Shown: positions 17,372-26,964 of the stretch, piece by piece | Layout: each line of letters begins with the position of its first letter | How positions within the stretch are numbered: the stretch's first letter is position 1 | UHGV virus genome: UHGV-0384350 | Length of the DNA stretch: 43,609 nt | Strand: one strand, 5' to 3' | Source: a virus | Translations under genes and position numbers: made by a program | The notes under the pieces: model-generated | Databases searched by the model: none | Seen by the model: only the letters and a program-made list of their open reading frames with translations | Told to the model about the DNA's origin: nothing

Positions 17372-18091
17372 ATGATAGAAAGGATAAAAAAGTACAAACG
17401 CTGGAAAGATTATTTTGCAGTAGGCTGTTTTGAGGTAAATATGGCTATTGGTGTCACGGCGATCCTCGGAGTTGTTTTGTTCAAGATGTTTGGAATTTAT
17501 GAGGCATTTTATAACATTCAAGATGATTTAAAACAGATTCTGCTTTCGATTTTAGGTGGGGAGTTTACTTTGTTGGGAATGTCCTTGGCAGGTATGGCTA
17601 TAATTACATCAGTTATATCAACGGAACTCATACGAATCATTAATCTTGTTGATGAAAATGAAACAGTGAATCGTGTTTTATCGCATTTTGAGTTTTCTGC
17701 TTTTAATTTGGCAATTCAAATAGCATATATGTTGGTAATATATTTTTCATTGTTAAGCGAAGCTCCAGTAATAGGAAAATATTCGTTTATAGTTTGCTTT
17801 ATAATAGTTTGTTATCATTTTTTCTTTAATCTTTTTTATATAATTGCATTGATTGGTGAATGTATTAAAATTAATGAAATCAAAAACAAATGTGAGAAAG
17901 TTGCATCGTTAGAAAAAACAACTATAGATATTGCAAATGAGGTTCGAATTGATTATATATTGGCTGTATTATTAAAAGATAGGGGGAATAAGAGCCATTT
18001 GATGAATGCACTGATAGAAATTATTGACAAATCTAATATCTCGGATAAGCAAGCAATAAAAGATTATTTGAAGAAATATTATGGATGGTAA
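17372..18091 (+). CDS. Hypothetical multi-pass membrane protein (about 5-6 TM helices plus a ~90-aa C-terminal soluble region); second gene of the AT-rich cassette
   Basis: It has an RBS GAGGGGAAGAG and hydrophobic helices in its N-terminal two-thirds. Confidence 0.55.
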   Translation: MIERIKKYKRWKDYFAVGCFEVNMAIGVTAILGVVLFKMFGIYEAFYNIQDDLKQILLSILGGEFTLLGMSLAGMAIITSVISTELIRIINLVDENETVNRVLSHFEFSAFNLAIQIAYMLVIYFSLLSEAPVIGKYSFIVCFIIVCYHFFFNLFYIIALIGECIKINEIKNKCEKVASLEKTTIDIANEVRIDYILAVLLKDRGNKSHLMNALIEIIDKSNISDKQAIKDYLKKYYGW

Positions 18092-18246
18092 ATTTTTTCA
18101 TTGCATTTGGTTTATCTTTGATACCGTTTAACATCAATTATACGATAGATAAGTTGTTTCCGCAGGATATTGATTTGATAAAACGCATATCAAAAGTAGA
18201 CGAGTAATGCCCGAGTTCATTATATATAGTGTTTAACAGAGTCATC

Positions 18247-18275
18247 AGAGCCGTCACCGTGCGGCTCTTTTTTCT
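18247..18275 (+). terminator. Rho-independent terminator (AGAGCCG-tcaccgtg-CGGCTCT followed by a T-run)
   Basis: There is a perfect 7-bp GC-rich stem plus TTTTTT, closing the AT-rich cassette. Confidence 0.7.
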
Positions 18276-18357
18276 ATACATAAAAAACAAACACGAACGA
18301 GAGGTGGCCTTAGCTGCCTTTTTTGATTTCAGAAATACAGTCAGATAGGAAGGTGAG

Positions 18358-18846
18358 GTGATGGCAAACAATGGTAACTTAAGACGTTTAAGCCCGAGCG
18401 AAGCTCGAGAATATGGACGCAGAGGAGGAAAAGCATCCGGCGAATCACGGCGTAGGAAGGCCGACTTTCGGAAGATATTGAATGCCCTTCTCACGGCCGA
18501 AATAGACAATCCAGAATGGACGCCGCTGCTGGAGGCATTAGGACTGGACAGCACCTTGGAATCAGCCGTCAACGCAGCCATTATCCGGGAGGCTCTGGCG
18601 GGAGATGTAAAAGCTTATATTGCTATCCGCGACACCTTAGGACAGACCACAAAGTCAGAAGCGGACTTGGAGGAGCAGAAGATACGAACGGCAGCAGCCA
18701 AGGCAAAGACTGGACAGGATGTTGAGGAAGAACCGGAAGACGATGGATTCCTTCAGGCATTTAATGATGCTGCCGATGAAGACTGGCCTGATTTTACAGA
18801 AGAAGCGGAGAACGCAGACGATGAAGAGGAAACGACCGATATTTAA
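18358..18846 (+). CDS. terS: Terminase small subunit
   Basis: The N-terminal HTH-like RLSPSEAREYGRRGGKASGESRR is followed by an acidic C-terminus. The gene lies immediately upstream of, and overlaps, terL. Confidence 0.6.
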   Translation: MMANNGNLRRLSPSEAREYGRRGGKASGESRRRKADFRKILNALLTAEIDNPEWTPLLEALGLDSTLESAVNAAIIREALAGDVKAYIAIRDTLGQTTKSEADLEEQKIRTAAAKAKTGQDVEEEPEDDGFLQAFNDAADEDWPDFTEEAENADDEEETTDI

Positions 18847-20122
18847 ATTTCAGAAATTCTCCCGTAAGCAGCGCCAGGTATTTACCTGGTGGGCTGATTC
18901 AAGTCCGGTAAAGGACGCGGAAGGGATTATAGCAGACGGAGCTATCCGATCCGGAAAGACTGTAAGCATGTCATTGTCTTATGTAATGTGGGCTATGGAA
19001 CGGTTTGACGGAGAAAACTTCATCATGGCCGGAAAGACCATCAGCTCTTTTAAGCGTAATGTATTGCAGAATCTGAAGCTTATGCTTACCAGTCGGGGAT
19101 ATAAGTGGATTTACCATATCTCTGGAGATCTTCCCAACATGCTGGAAGTTACCAGGAAAGGTAAGACAAATTATTTTTTCATATTCGGTGGAAAAGATGA
19201 AGGATCCCAGGATCTGGTTCAAGGTATTACGGCAGCAGGTGCCTTCTTTGATGAGGTGGCATTGATGCCGGAATCATTTGTGAACCAGGCAACAGGACGT
19301 CTTTCGGTGGAAGGCTCTAAGATGTGGTTTAACTGCAATCCAGCGGGCCCTGTGCACTGGTTCAAAGTAAATTGGATTGACAAGCGCAGAGATAAAAAGC
19401 TTCTTTATCTGCATTTTACAATGGATGATAACCTGTCTTTGTCTGAGAAGACTAAGGCCAGATACCGCAGTATGTATGTCGGCGTTTTCTACCTGCGGTA
19501 TATCAAGGGGCTATGGAAAGCCGCTGAGGGCCTGATTTATACCATGTTTACAGATGATAATCTGTACACGGACGATCAACGCCCGGTGGCGCTGAAAAGC
19601 ACAGCGGTTCGGGGTATTGCAGTGGACTATGGCACCACGAACCCCTGTGTATTTTTGGATATCTGGGACGATGGACAGACATTGTGGGTTGATCGGGAAT
19701 ATCGTTGGGACAGCCGATCAGAAGAGGCCAGGCGCAGCCCTAACCCACAGAGAACAGACTCCCAGTATGCAGATGATATGGCAGAGTTCATGGGGAACAG
19801 GCCAGAGGAACAGTGCGAGATCATTGTGGATCCCTCTGCCGCGTCTTTTATAGCCGAGCTGCAGGGGCGTGGCTATTATGTGAAGCTGGCAGATAACGAG
19901 GTAATAGATGGCATTCGGATCGTATCCACTCTTCTGGCTAAGCGTAGCATCAGGATCAACCGTAAATGCAGGGGGCTGACTGGGGAAATGCAGTCTTATG
20001 TGTGGGATGATAAGGCGGCAGAACGCGGAGAGGAAAAGCCGGTGAAACAGCAGGACCATGGGCCGGACGCCCTACGGTATTACTGTAAGACAAAACTACC
20101 AAAATGGAGGATAGCATCATGA
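18824..20122 (+). CDS. terL: Terminase large subunit (PBSX/XtmB-like)
   Basis: The Walker A motif is GAIRSGKT, and there is a C-terminal nuclease domain. The ATG at 18824 overlaps the end of terS. Confidence 0.9.
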   Translation, partial: KRKRPIFKFQKFSRKQRQVFTWWADSSPVKDAEGIIADGAIRSGKTVSMSLSYVMWAMERFDGENFIMAGKTISSFKRNVLQNLKLMLTSRGYKWIYHISGDLPNMLEVTRKGKTNYFFIFGGKDEGSQDLVQGITAAGAFFDEVALMPESFVNQATGRLSVEGSKMWFNCNPAGPVHWFKVNWIDKRRDKKLLYLHFTMDDNLSLSEKTKARYRSMYVGVFYLRYIKGLWKAAEGLIYTMFTDDNLYTDDQRPVALKSTAVRGIAVDYGTTNPCVFLDIWDDGQTLWVDREYRWDSRSEEARRSPNPQRTDSQYADDMAEFMGNRPEEQCEIIVDPSAASFIAELQGRGYYVKLADNEVIDGIRIVSTLLAKRSIRINRKCRGLTGEMQSYVWDDKAAERGEEKPVKQQDHGPDALRYYCKTKLPKWRIAS

Positions 20123-20361
20123 ATAAAGAAGAGAAGAAGGATATTCCATATGGATATGAACGGATTACATACTCCCGGTGCGGGGACAGCGAGGCATTGG
20201 AGATTCTTCGGCCTGCTTCTGATAATGCGGGGCAGGAATCCAGGATACTGTCTCCAGATATAACGGTGAGCCTTGAAACAAAAAGTGGTTTATCCGCTTC
20301 GGAAATAGCGGACAGATTGAAACAGATATTAGCCGAACAGGCTAATGGAGGGAGAAAATAA
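20119..20361 (+). CDS. Hypothetical protein
   Basis: It is a short ORF between terL and the portal gene. Confidence 0.3.
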   Translation: MNKEEKKDIPYGYERITYSRCGDSEALEILRPASDNAGQESRILSPDITVSLETKSGLSASEIADRLKQILAEQANGGRK

Positions 20362-20363
20362 TT

Positions 20364-21815
20364 ATGTCCAAGAGAAGAAACACCCGCCGTACACGGGCAG
20401 ACACAACACAGGCATCCACAGTTACGATGGATGCCTTTTCTAATCCTGCGGCCCGGATTGGATTCGGTACCATGGATCTTTTGCAGGCGACAGAATATCC
20501 CCTGACCCGTATGACCCAGAACTACCAGCTCCTAACCAGTCTGTACCGGGATAACTGGATTGTTCAGAACATCGTAGCTACAATCCCCAATGATATGATC
20601 CGAAAATGGTATGAGATCAGATCGGGTATCGCTCCGGAATATATCGACCAGATGGCCCGCTTAGAACGGACCACCCAGCTGCGAAAGAAATTGCTGACAG
20701 GCTTGTGCTGGGGGAGGCTGTATGGTGGTGCAGTTGGAGTGATTCTTATCAGGGGACAAAATGATATGTCCCAGCCTCTGGATTTGGACAGCATAATGCC
20801 CGGGAGCTTCCTGGGATTGCAGATTCTGGACCGGTGGAGTGGTGTATATCCGGAAAGTGATGTGGTAACAGATCCGTCCGATCCTGATTTTGGACTGCCG
20901 GATTATTATATTATCCGGGATGAGACTACAGGCCAGACGGCTGTGCGTGTGCATCACAGCAGGGTGATCCGGTTCATTGGGCGGGAGCTGCCGTGGCTGG
21001 AACAGGTGGCTGAACAGTATTGGGGAGAGTCGGAGCTGGAGGCGATTTACAGCGAGGTTGTCAAGCGGGACAATGTATCCGGTAATATTGCAGCGCTGAC
21101 TTTCCGGGCAAATGTCAACTATCTCGAAGCGGATGGACTGGATCAGCTGCTGGGGACGGCAAATACAGAGATGCAGCGCAGGTTCTGGAACCTGATGCAG
21201 GCCCAGGCAATCATGGAAAGCAACTTCGGAACCCGCATCATCAACAAGGGCGACGCCATGCACAATGTCCAGTATACGTTTACCGGCCTTGCTGATGTGT
21301 ATGACAGAGTGATGATGGATGTGGCAGGTGCAGCCAGAACACCGGTCACGAAGCTCTTCGGGCGCTCGCCTGCTGGGATGAATGCTACTGGCGAATCTGA
21401 TATGCGTAATTATTATGATTACATAGACGGCCTGCGGGAAACAGATTTCCGGGCTATCATTGAGAGACTACTGCCGATTATGGCATTATCGGCCTGGGGA
21501 CAGATACCGGATGATTTGGAGATTGATTTTCCACCCATGCAGACCCCAGATGCCAAGGAAACTGCGGAGATTGCAGAACGTAAAACGAATGCAATTCTGG
21601 CGGTATACCAAAATGATCTGATCGATTCTGCTACTGCACAGCAGGAACTCCAGACACTGACCGAAGAAACCGGAATGTTTGGAAAAATCACGGACGAAAG
21701 CATCGAGGCGGGCAGAGGTCAGACTTACAGCAGTTCCAGAGCGATGCAGGATCCTCTGATGGGCTTAGAGCTTCCACGGGAACCAGCATCAGGCAATGAG
21801 GGGGATTTTGAATGA
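20364..21815 (+). CDS. Portal protein
   Basis: It is 483 aa and sits directly after the terminase and before the MuF-like gene. Confidence 0.75.
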   Translation: MSKRRNTRRTRADTTQASTVTMDAFSNPAARIGFGTMDLLQATEYPLTRMTQNYQLLTSLYRDNWIVQNIVATIPNDMIRKWYEIRSGIAPEYIDQMARLERTTQLRKKLLTGLCWGRLYGGAVGVILIRGQNDMSQPLDLDSIMPGSFLGLQILDRWSGVYPESDVVTDPSDPDFGLPDYYIIRDETTGQTAVRVHHSRVIRFIGRELPWLEQVAEQYWGESELEAIYSEVVKRDNVSGNIAALTFRANVNYLEADGLDQLLGTANTEMQRRFWNLMQAQAIMESNFGTRIINKGDAMHNVQYTFTGLADVYDRVMMDVAGAARTPVTKLFGRSPAGMNATGESDMRNYYDYIDGLRETDFRAIIERLLPIMALSAWGQIPDDLEIDFPPMQTPDAKETAEIAERKTNAILAVYQNDLIDSATAQQELQTLTEETGMFGKITDESIEAGRGQTYSSSRAMQDPLMGLELPREPASGNEGDFE

Positions 21816-23311
21816 CACGGCAGATGAAGATCCTTCTACCAGATCGGGCAGATGTAACGGCTTATATGCGTATGCTGTTTTTGCGGACAGAGCAGGAAAT
21901 CATAAATGTGATCAACCGTAAGCGGTCGGTGGGCCATGTAGATTATGCTGAGGTAGCTGCTCTGGAACGTGTCCAGAAGATTCTGCAAAGTATGATAGAT
22001 CAGTCCTGGGCCTATGTCCCGACGATGATAGAAAAGATATTCTACCATTCGGATAAGGATGCTTCGGGTTACTCGAATGCCCGGAAGATGACTGAGACAT
22101 TCTCAGCGCCCCGGATTGCTATTATACAGCAGTTGACTGATAATCTTCTGGGTGAGCTTACAGAGGCCTCAGAAACAGCTTATGAGAGCGTACGGAAGGT
22201 CTACACGATTGCGAGACTGGAGGCTGATCCCTTCCGGGAAACAGCACTTAAAAAGGTATTGCGCAAGGAGGCAGCAGGAACTCCATGGATCAACAGCAGT
22301 CAGGCCATGGTACAGGAGATGCAGAATAAGGGGATTACCGCTTTTGTGGATAAGGCGGGGCGAAAGTGGTCTTTGCAGAGCTATGGGAACATGGCTGTCC
22401 GCACAACAGCCCGTCAGGCCCAGGTGGCAGCCCTTCTTACGGCTGACGATTACGATCTGTGGCAGATCGTGAAGGTTGGAAGCACCTGCAAGGTATGCGC
22501 GGCTCTGGAGGGAAGAGTGTACAGTAAAAGCGGAATGAACCCGGACTATCCTCCGTTGTCTCTGGCTTTCGGGAAGGTAGATCCGGATGGGGCGGATGAT
22601 CTGACGAATACCTACCTGAATATTCATCCTAACTGCCTTCATTCATTGGTTAAATATACAACGATAGGAAAGACAGAAAAGCAGATCCAGAAGGATAAGG
22701 ATTTTTCCAATCCTGAAAAGAATCCTATTGACCGGGATCCCCGGACGAAGAAGCAGATCAAGGCTTATCGGGAGAAGGAGCGGAACCGGCAGAGGCTTTT
22801 GCGGGATATGAGGCAGCATAAGGAATATAGGGCTGTTTTAGGGGAGGAAGTACCGAAAGATTTTGCAAAGTTCCAGAAAATGAAGTATACTGAAGGTGAA
22901 AAAATTGAGGTACTTAGAAAAAAAGTTGAAAATCTGGAAAAGTCCCGCAAATTCAAAGAAAAATTAAAAGATGGATCTATAAACATAGCTGTAAGAAATG
23001 TGAAACAGCAGGAACATATTCAGGGAACTAAAAAGTGGAGACAAAGGGTACGTTCTGATTTGGAAACCAAAGGAACAGCACCAGATATGTTCTATAAAAG
23101 TGTGGATGTTCAGAAGCTGGTGGATGAATATTCTGGGACAGGAGAATTTGAATTCCGTAAGAATCAGCAGTACCCTATTGAATACATCAGCGCAAAAGAA
23201 CCGATTGGAAGGTACTTTAACCTTGGAAAAGGAAGATACGAAGAAACAAAGCGTTTTGCAATTCGTTATTCCAGCAAGGGCGTACACCTGCATCCGGTAA
23301 AGGAGGTTTGA
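21812..23311 (+). CDS. Head morphogenesis protein (Mu F / SPP1 gp7 family) with a ~200-aa Lys/Arg-rich C-terminal extension
   Basis: The central MuF motif is RKWSLQSYGNMAVRTTARQAQVAAL. The C-terminal extension ends ...YSSKGVHLHPVKEV. Confidence 0.8.
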   Translation: MTRQMKILLPDRADVTAYMRMLFLRTEQEIINVINRKRSVGHVDYAEVAALERVQKILQSMIDQSWAYVPTMIEKIFYHSDKDASGYSNARKMTETFSAPRIAIIQQLTDNLLGELTEASETAYESVRKVYTIARLEADPFRETALKKVLRKEAAGTPWINSSQAMVQEMQNKGITAFVDKAGRKWSLQSYGNMAVRTTARQAQVAALLTADDYDLWQIVKVGSTCKVCAALEGRVYSKSGMNPDYPPLSLAFGKVDPDGADDLTNTYLNIHPNCLHSLVKYTTIGKTEKQIQKDKDFSNPEKNPIDRDPRTKKQIKAYREKERNRQRLLRDMRQHKEYRAVLGEEVPKDFAKFQKMKYTEGEKIEVLRKKVENLEKSRKFKEKLKDGSINIAVRNVKQQEHIQGTKKWRQRVRSDLETKGTAPDMFYKSVDVQKLVDEYSGTGEFEFRKNQQYPIEYISAKEPIGRYFNLGKGRYEETKRFAIRYSSKGVHLHPVKEV

Positions 23312-23547
23312 TTATGTACAGGGCTAAGATATCACCAAACTTAAAGAAGATATTTGAAAAGGGAGAACGCGGAGAGGTATTAACGCTGTTGTTAGCAGAT
23401 GGCAGGCGCGTTAAATGTAGACTTGAGATGCTCACATATGCCAATAAATCAGATACAGATGATACGGATGTTATGGTTGCCCGAATAAAGTATGGAGATG
23501 GCAACGGAGAGTTGCTGGCAGAGGAAGATATAAAAGAGGTCTTATAA
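23308..23547 (+). CDS. Hypothetical protein
   Basis: It overlaps the MuF stop, has an ATGA overlap and is 79 aa. Confidence 0.35.
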   Translation: MIMYRAKISPNLKKIFEKGERGEVLTLLLADGRRVKCRLEMLTYANKSDTDDTDVMVARIKYGDGNGELLAEEDIKEVL

Positions 23548-23611
23548 TACAGCGGAGAGAGCTATAGTGTATACTTTGCTACAGAGTTAAGATAAGCAAA
23601 AATAATTGAGG

Positions 23612-23652
23612 AGAAATACCACCAGTCAGAAATGGCCGGTGGTTTTTTGTAC
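23612..23652 (+). terminator. Putative rho-independent terminator (ACCACC...GGTGGT stem, T-run)
   Basis: The sequence is ataCCACCagtcagaaatggccGGTGGtttttt. Confidence 0.45.
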
Positions 23653-23663
23653 CCATTTTTAGC

Positions 23664-23679
23664 GTTGCGACGTCGCAAC
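23664..23679. repeat. Palindromic motif copy 2: perfect 16-mer GTTGCGACGTCGCAAC, in the 5' leader 5 nt before the RBS of the gene starting at 23695
   Basis: It is identical to the copy at 33885-33900. Confidence 0.6.
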
Positions 23680-23694
23680 AGGAAGGAGTACACA

Positions 23695-23871
23695 ATGAGT
23701 AGATTTCTAAACTGGCTGAAACGGTTCTTTTGCAGGGCGAATCCTGAATGTGAGCACCTGTATAGAAAGCACTGGTGCCGCCGCTATGGCCCTTATGGCG
23801 GGTATGTGAGGCGGTGTACGAAGTGCGGAAAGGAAACAGAGAGATGCTTGCATATTACGGATACACCATAA
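23695..23871 (+). CDS. Small Cys-rich zinc-ribbon protein
   Basis: An RBS GGAAGGAG precedes the ATG at 23695. The motifs are CRANPECEH ... CTKCGKETERC. Confidence 0.4.
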   Translation: MSRFLNWLKRFFCRANPECEHLYRKHWCRRYGPYGGYVRRCTKCGKETERCLHITDTP

Positions 23872-25067
23872 GCCCCAATCAGATTGAAACTGGAGAGGGC
23901 TTTTTGATTTGCAGAAATGTTCCGATTGCCCGGACTGGAGACCAGGAGTATCTGGGGCGGGAGCTGGGACTTTCTGGTGCTGATGCAGAAAAGGTGGTAA
24001 TCGTTCATCGGTCACCTGAGGAAGTATTTTCTGAGGCTGCTCTGGCAAGTTTTGAAGGGAAACCGACAACGGACGATCATCCGCCGGAGCTTCTTACCCC
24101 GGATACTGTGAGCATGTACGAAAAGGGTCATGCTCAGAATATCAGGAAAGGGACTGACGAATGGGAAGGTTATGTAATTGCAGACCTGCATATCCATGAC
24201 CGAAGCCTGATTGATGCGATCCAGCAGGGGAAGAGGGAGATCAGCTGCGGGTATGAGTGCGAATATGTTTCGGACGGTTCCGGAGCATTCTGCCAAAAGA
24301 ATATAAGAGGGAATCACATTGCGGTCGTAAACCGGGGAAGAGCCGGGAAGCGGGCCGCAATTTTAGATTCAGATACATTAAAAAAAGAACAGGCTGAGAA
24401 GCCGGAAAGGAAAGCTATGAAAAAGAATGGGTTATTTTTCAAACTCTTCGGGCAGGCCGTAAAGGATAAAAGCCCGGAGGAAATTGAACAGCTGGCTATG
24501 GATGCGGCAGATGCATTTGAGGAAGAGGACTCTTCCGGCGGCGGTGATGGAACAGAGCCAGGCAAAGAGGAAAAAGAGGGTACCGCTCAGACGGTACAGG
24601 ATTCCGCTTTTTTAACGGCTCTGGATCAGAAAATCGACAGATTATTAAACCTGTTTGATGAAGCTGCAAAGGAAAAACCAGAAGAGGATCCGATGGATGC
24701 AGCTATCCGGAAGCTGGAGGGGAAAGAGGAAGAAAAAGAGGAAAAGAAGGAAGCCAAAGTAGTTCCGGCAGAGGGAAGCGGTGAACAGGCCCCTACAGTG
24801 GACAAGGCTTTGGCCGCTGCTCTTTTAAAGGCTGCAAGGCCTGCTGTAGCTGCGATCAAAGATGAAAAGGAGCGCAAGGCGGTATCGGATGCCCTGATCG
24901 CCTGCGTAACAGGATCCGGAGCTGACGGGGATATTGCAAAGCTTATGAAGGCAGCCCAGCATAATGCACAGAATGCAGCGGATCATAAGCCTGATGCAGA
25001 TTTAAGCAGGCTGCAGAGCGCTTATGACAAAATGAATCCGCATAAGAATGGAGGTACACAGGAATGA
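23844..25067 (+). CDS. Putative capsid scaffolding / prohead protein (DUF2213-like)
   Basis: It precedes the major capsid gene. The C-terminus is acidic, Glu/Lys-rich and helical. An RBS precedes the ATG at 23844. Confidence 0.45.
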   Translation: MLAYYGYTISPNQIETGEGFLICRNVPIARTGDQEYLGRELGLSGADAEKVVIVHRSPEEVFSEAALASFEGKPTTDDHPPELLTPDTVSMYEKGHAQNIRKGTDEWEGYVIADLHIHDRSLIDAIQQGKREISCGYECEYVSDGSGAFCQKNIRGNHIAVVNRGRAGKRAAILDSDTLKKEQAEKPERKAMKKNGLFFKLFGQAVKDKSPEEIEQLAMDAADAFEEEDSSGGGDGTEPGKEEKEGTAQTVQDSAFLTALDQKIDRLLNLFDEAAKEKPEEDPMDAAIRKLEGKEEEKEEKKEAKVVPAEGSGEQAPTVDKALAAALLKAARPAVAAIKDEKERKAVSDALIACVTGSGADGDIAKLMKAAQHNAQNAADHKPDADLSRLQSAYDKMNPHKNGGTQE

Positions 25068-25573
25068 GAGGACAGACAATCGGAAAAACAATGCCGCACG
25101 GATACGCCGGAAGTTATTCCAGACAGCCGGATATGATCGTGGATTCCCATCCTCTGGAGGGAGATGCCGCAGTAGTATTCGGACAGGCTGTAGTTTATGG
25201 GACAGCTGGTGCAGTGGTTCCCTTCGGCGGCAGCAGCACCGCAGATCAGTTTGTGGGTGTGGCAGCCAGAGAGATTAAATCCGCTACGGATTATCTGAAC
25301 CAGAACGCCGGAGGATATCAGCCAGGAGAGGCTGTGCCTGTATTAAAGCGTGGTCGGATCAACGTAATCTGCCAGAAAGGAACCCCGGCTATCAGAGGAA
25401 AGGTATATGTCCGTACTAAAGCAAACGGAAGTCATCCAAAGGCTTTGGTAGGGGGATTTGAGGCAGAGGCAGACAGCGAAAATACTGTAGAATTGACAAA
25501 TGCTCAGTGGAGAGGAAACGCTGATGCAAACGGCGTGGCTGAACTGAGTATCCTGACAATGATTAACGCATAA
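25064..25573 (+). CDS. Hypothetical head protein (DUF2190-like; possible decoration/auxiliary capsid protein)
   Basis: It lies between the scaffold and major capsid genes. Confidence 0.4.
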   Translation: MRGQTIGKTMPHGYAGSYSRQPDMIVDSHPLEGDAAVVFGQAVVYGTAGAVVPFGGSSTADQFVGVAAREIKSATDYLNQNAGGYQPGEAVPVLKRGRINVICQKGTPAIRGKVYVRTKANGSHPKALVGGFEAEADSENTVELTNAQWRGNADANGVAELSILTMINA

Positions 25574-25584
25574 GGAGGATCAAA

Positions 25585-26634
25585 ATGGTATTTCAGAATG
25601 TAGGTACAATGGATTTAGGCATGCAGGTAGCACGGGGCGCTGGTGGGAGTGCCACTGGCGGAAACGCTGCTCGCATGACAATGGATGCCGCCGGGATTGC
25701 TTCCGGACAGGCATTTTTAACATCAGAGCTGGAAAAAAGAGATACGTTAGTGAGAACACCGCTGACCAGCGTTACATACGCCCGTGATATTCCTATGAGA
25801 GTGGGAGGAGGCTGGGCTGAATTTGTCAGCGCTATGCAGGTAGGATACGGCACTGCCGGAGGCTCTGGCGATAATCTGCATCACGCCGGAGGTGCGAACG
25901 GTATCCCCATGATCCAGGCGAATTTTGAGAAGGGGATGTATAAGTCCCACATGGTAGCCATGGGAACCCGCGTCATGTGGATTGATATGCAGAGAGGCAA
26001 TATGACCGGCCGCAATCTGGACAGCCTGCTTAGGGACGGCCTGCGCCTGACATATGACAAGCATATGGAGGAAAACACATATGCAGGATTCAAACGTTAC
26101 GGAACCACCGGCCTGTTAAACAATGCGGATGTTACGATCACCAGTGCTGCAGCCACAGGATCTGCCAGCGGCACTACCTTTAAGAGTAAGACGCCGGATC
26201 AGATTCTGGATGATATCAATACGGCCATCCTGGCAGCCTGGGCGGCGGCAGAATATGACCGGGATGCAATCCCGAACCATATCATTATGCCGTATGAACA
26301 GTTTAATTATCTGGCAACCACCAGAGTGAGCGATCTGGCAGAAAAGACGATCCTTGCTTTCCTCCTGGAAAACAATGTGGCAAAGCAGAACGGAGTGGAT
26401 CTGTATATTGGCGCCACATCCTGGTGTAAGGGTGCAGGAGCCAGTAAAAAGGACCGTATGGCAGTGTACTGCAATAAAGAGCGTTATCTCGCTATGGATG
26501 AACTTGCACCGTTAACCCGTGCCATGACAGGGCCGAACACAGAGCAGTTCTGCTATGACACGGCATATGCGGCCAATGTGTCTGAGGTAGAGGTATTCTA
26601 CGATCAGACTGTATTGTATGTAGATGGAATTTAA
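25585..26634 (+). CDS. Major capsid protein
   Basis: It is 349 aa, preceded by a strong RBS AAGGAGGA, and lies in the head module. Confidence 0.7.
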   Translation: MVFQNVGTMDLGMQVARGAGGSATGGNAARMTMDAAGIASGQAFLTSELEKRDTLVRTPLTSVTYARDIPMRVGGGWAEFVSAMQVGYGTAGGSGDNLHHAGGANGIPMIQANFEKGMYKSHMVAMGTRVMWIDMQRGNMTGRNLDSLLRDGLRLTYDKHMEENTYAGFKRYGTTGLLNNADVTITSAAATGSASGTTFKSKTPDQILDDINTAILAAWAAAEYDRDAIPNHIIMPYEQFNYLATTRVSDLAEKTILAFLLENNVAKQNGVDLYIGATSWCKGAGASKKDRMAVYCNKERYLAMDELAPLTRAMTGPNTEQFCYDTAYAANVSEVEVFYDQTVLYVDGI

Positions 26635-26646
26635 GGGAGGTACAGG

Positions 26647-26952
26647 ATGTTTATCATTTCAAAAAACAGATTTCTTATTCCGAGGGATGGGGCAGATCCC
26701 TATGTAATTCCGAAGGATTATATCGGAGAAATTCCGGAGGACGTGGCAGGGCATTGGCTCATTGCGGCTGCGATTGAGTCCGGTATGATCGCCACTCCTC
26801 AGGGCAGGAAGGATAAACAGCTGGAAACTGCGGACGAGGCGGCTGCAGAAAAGGCAGAAAGGGCAGACATTCGCCCAGATACGCAGGAAAATGCGGCAGA
26901 AGCGGTTCGGGAAGATGAAAAGCCTTCTGGAAAGAAAAATACAAAGAAATAA
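26647..26952 (+). CDS. Hypothetical head-tail connector/neck protein
   Basis: Assignment is by position only. Confidence 0.3.
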   Translation: MFIISKNRFLIPRDGADPYVIPKDYIGEIPEDVAGHWLIAAAIESGMIATPQGRKDKQLETADEAAAEKAERADIRPDTQENAAEAVREDEKPSGKKNTKK

Positions 26953-26964
26953 GGAGATGATGGT

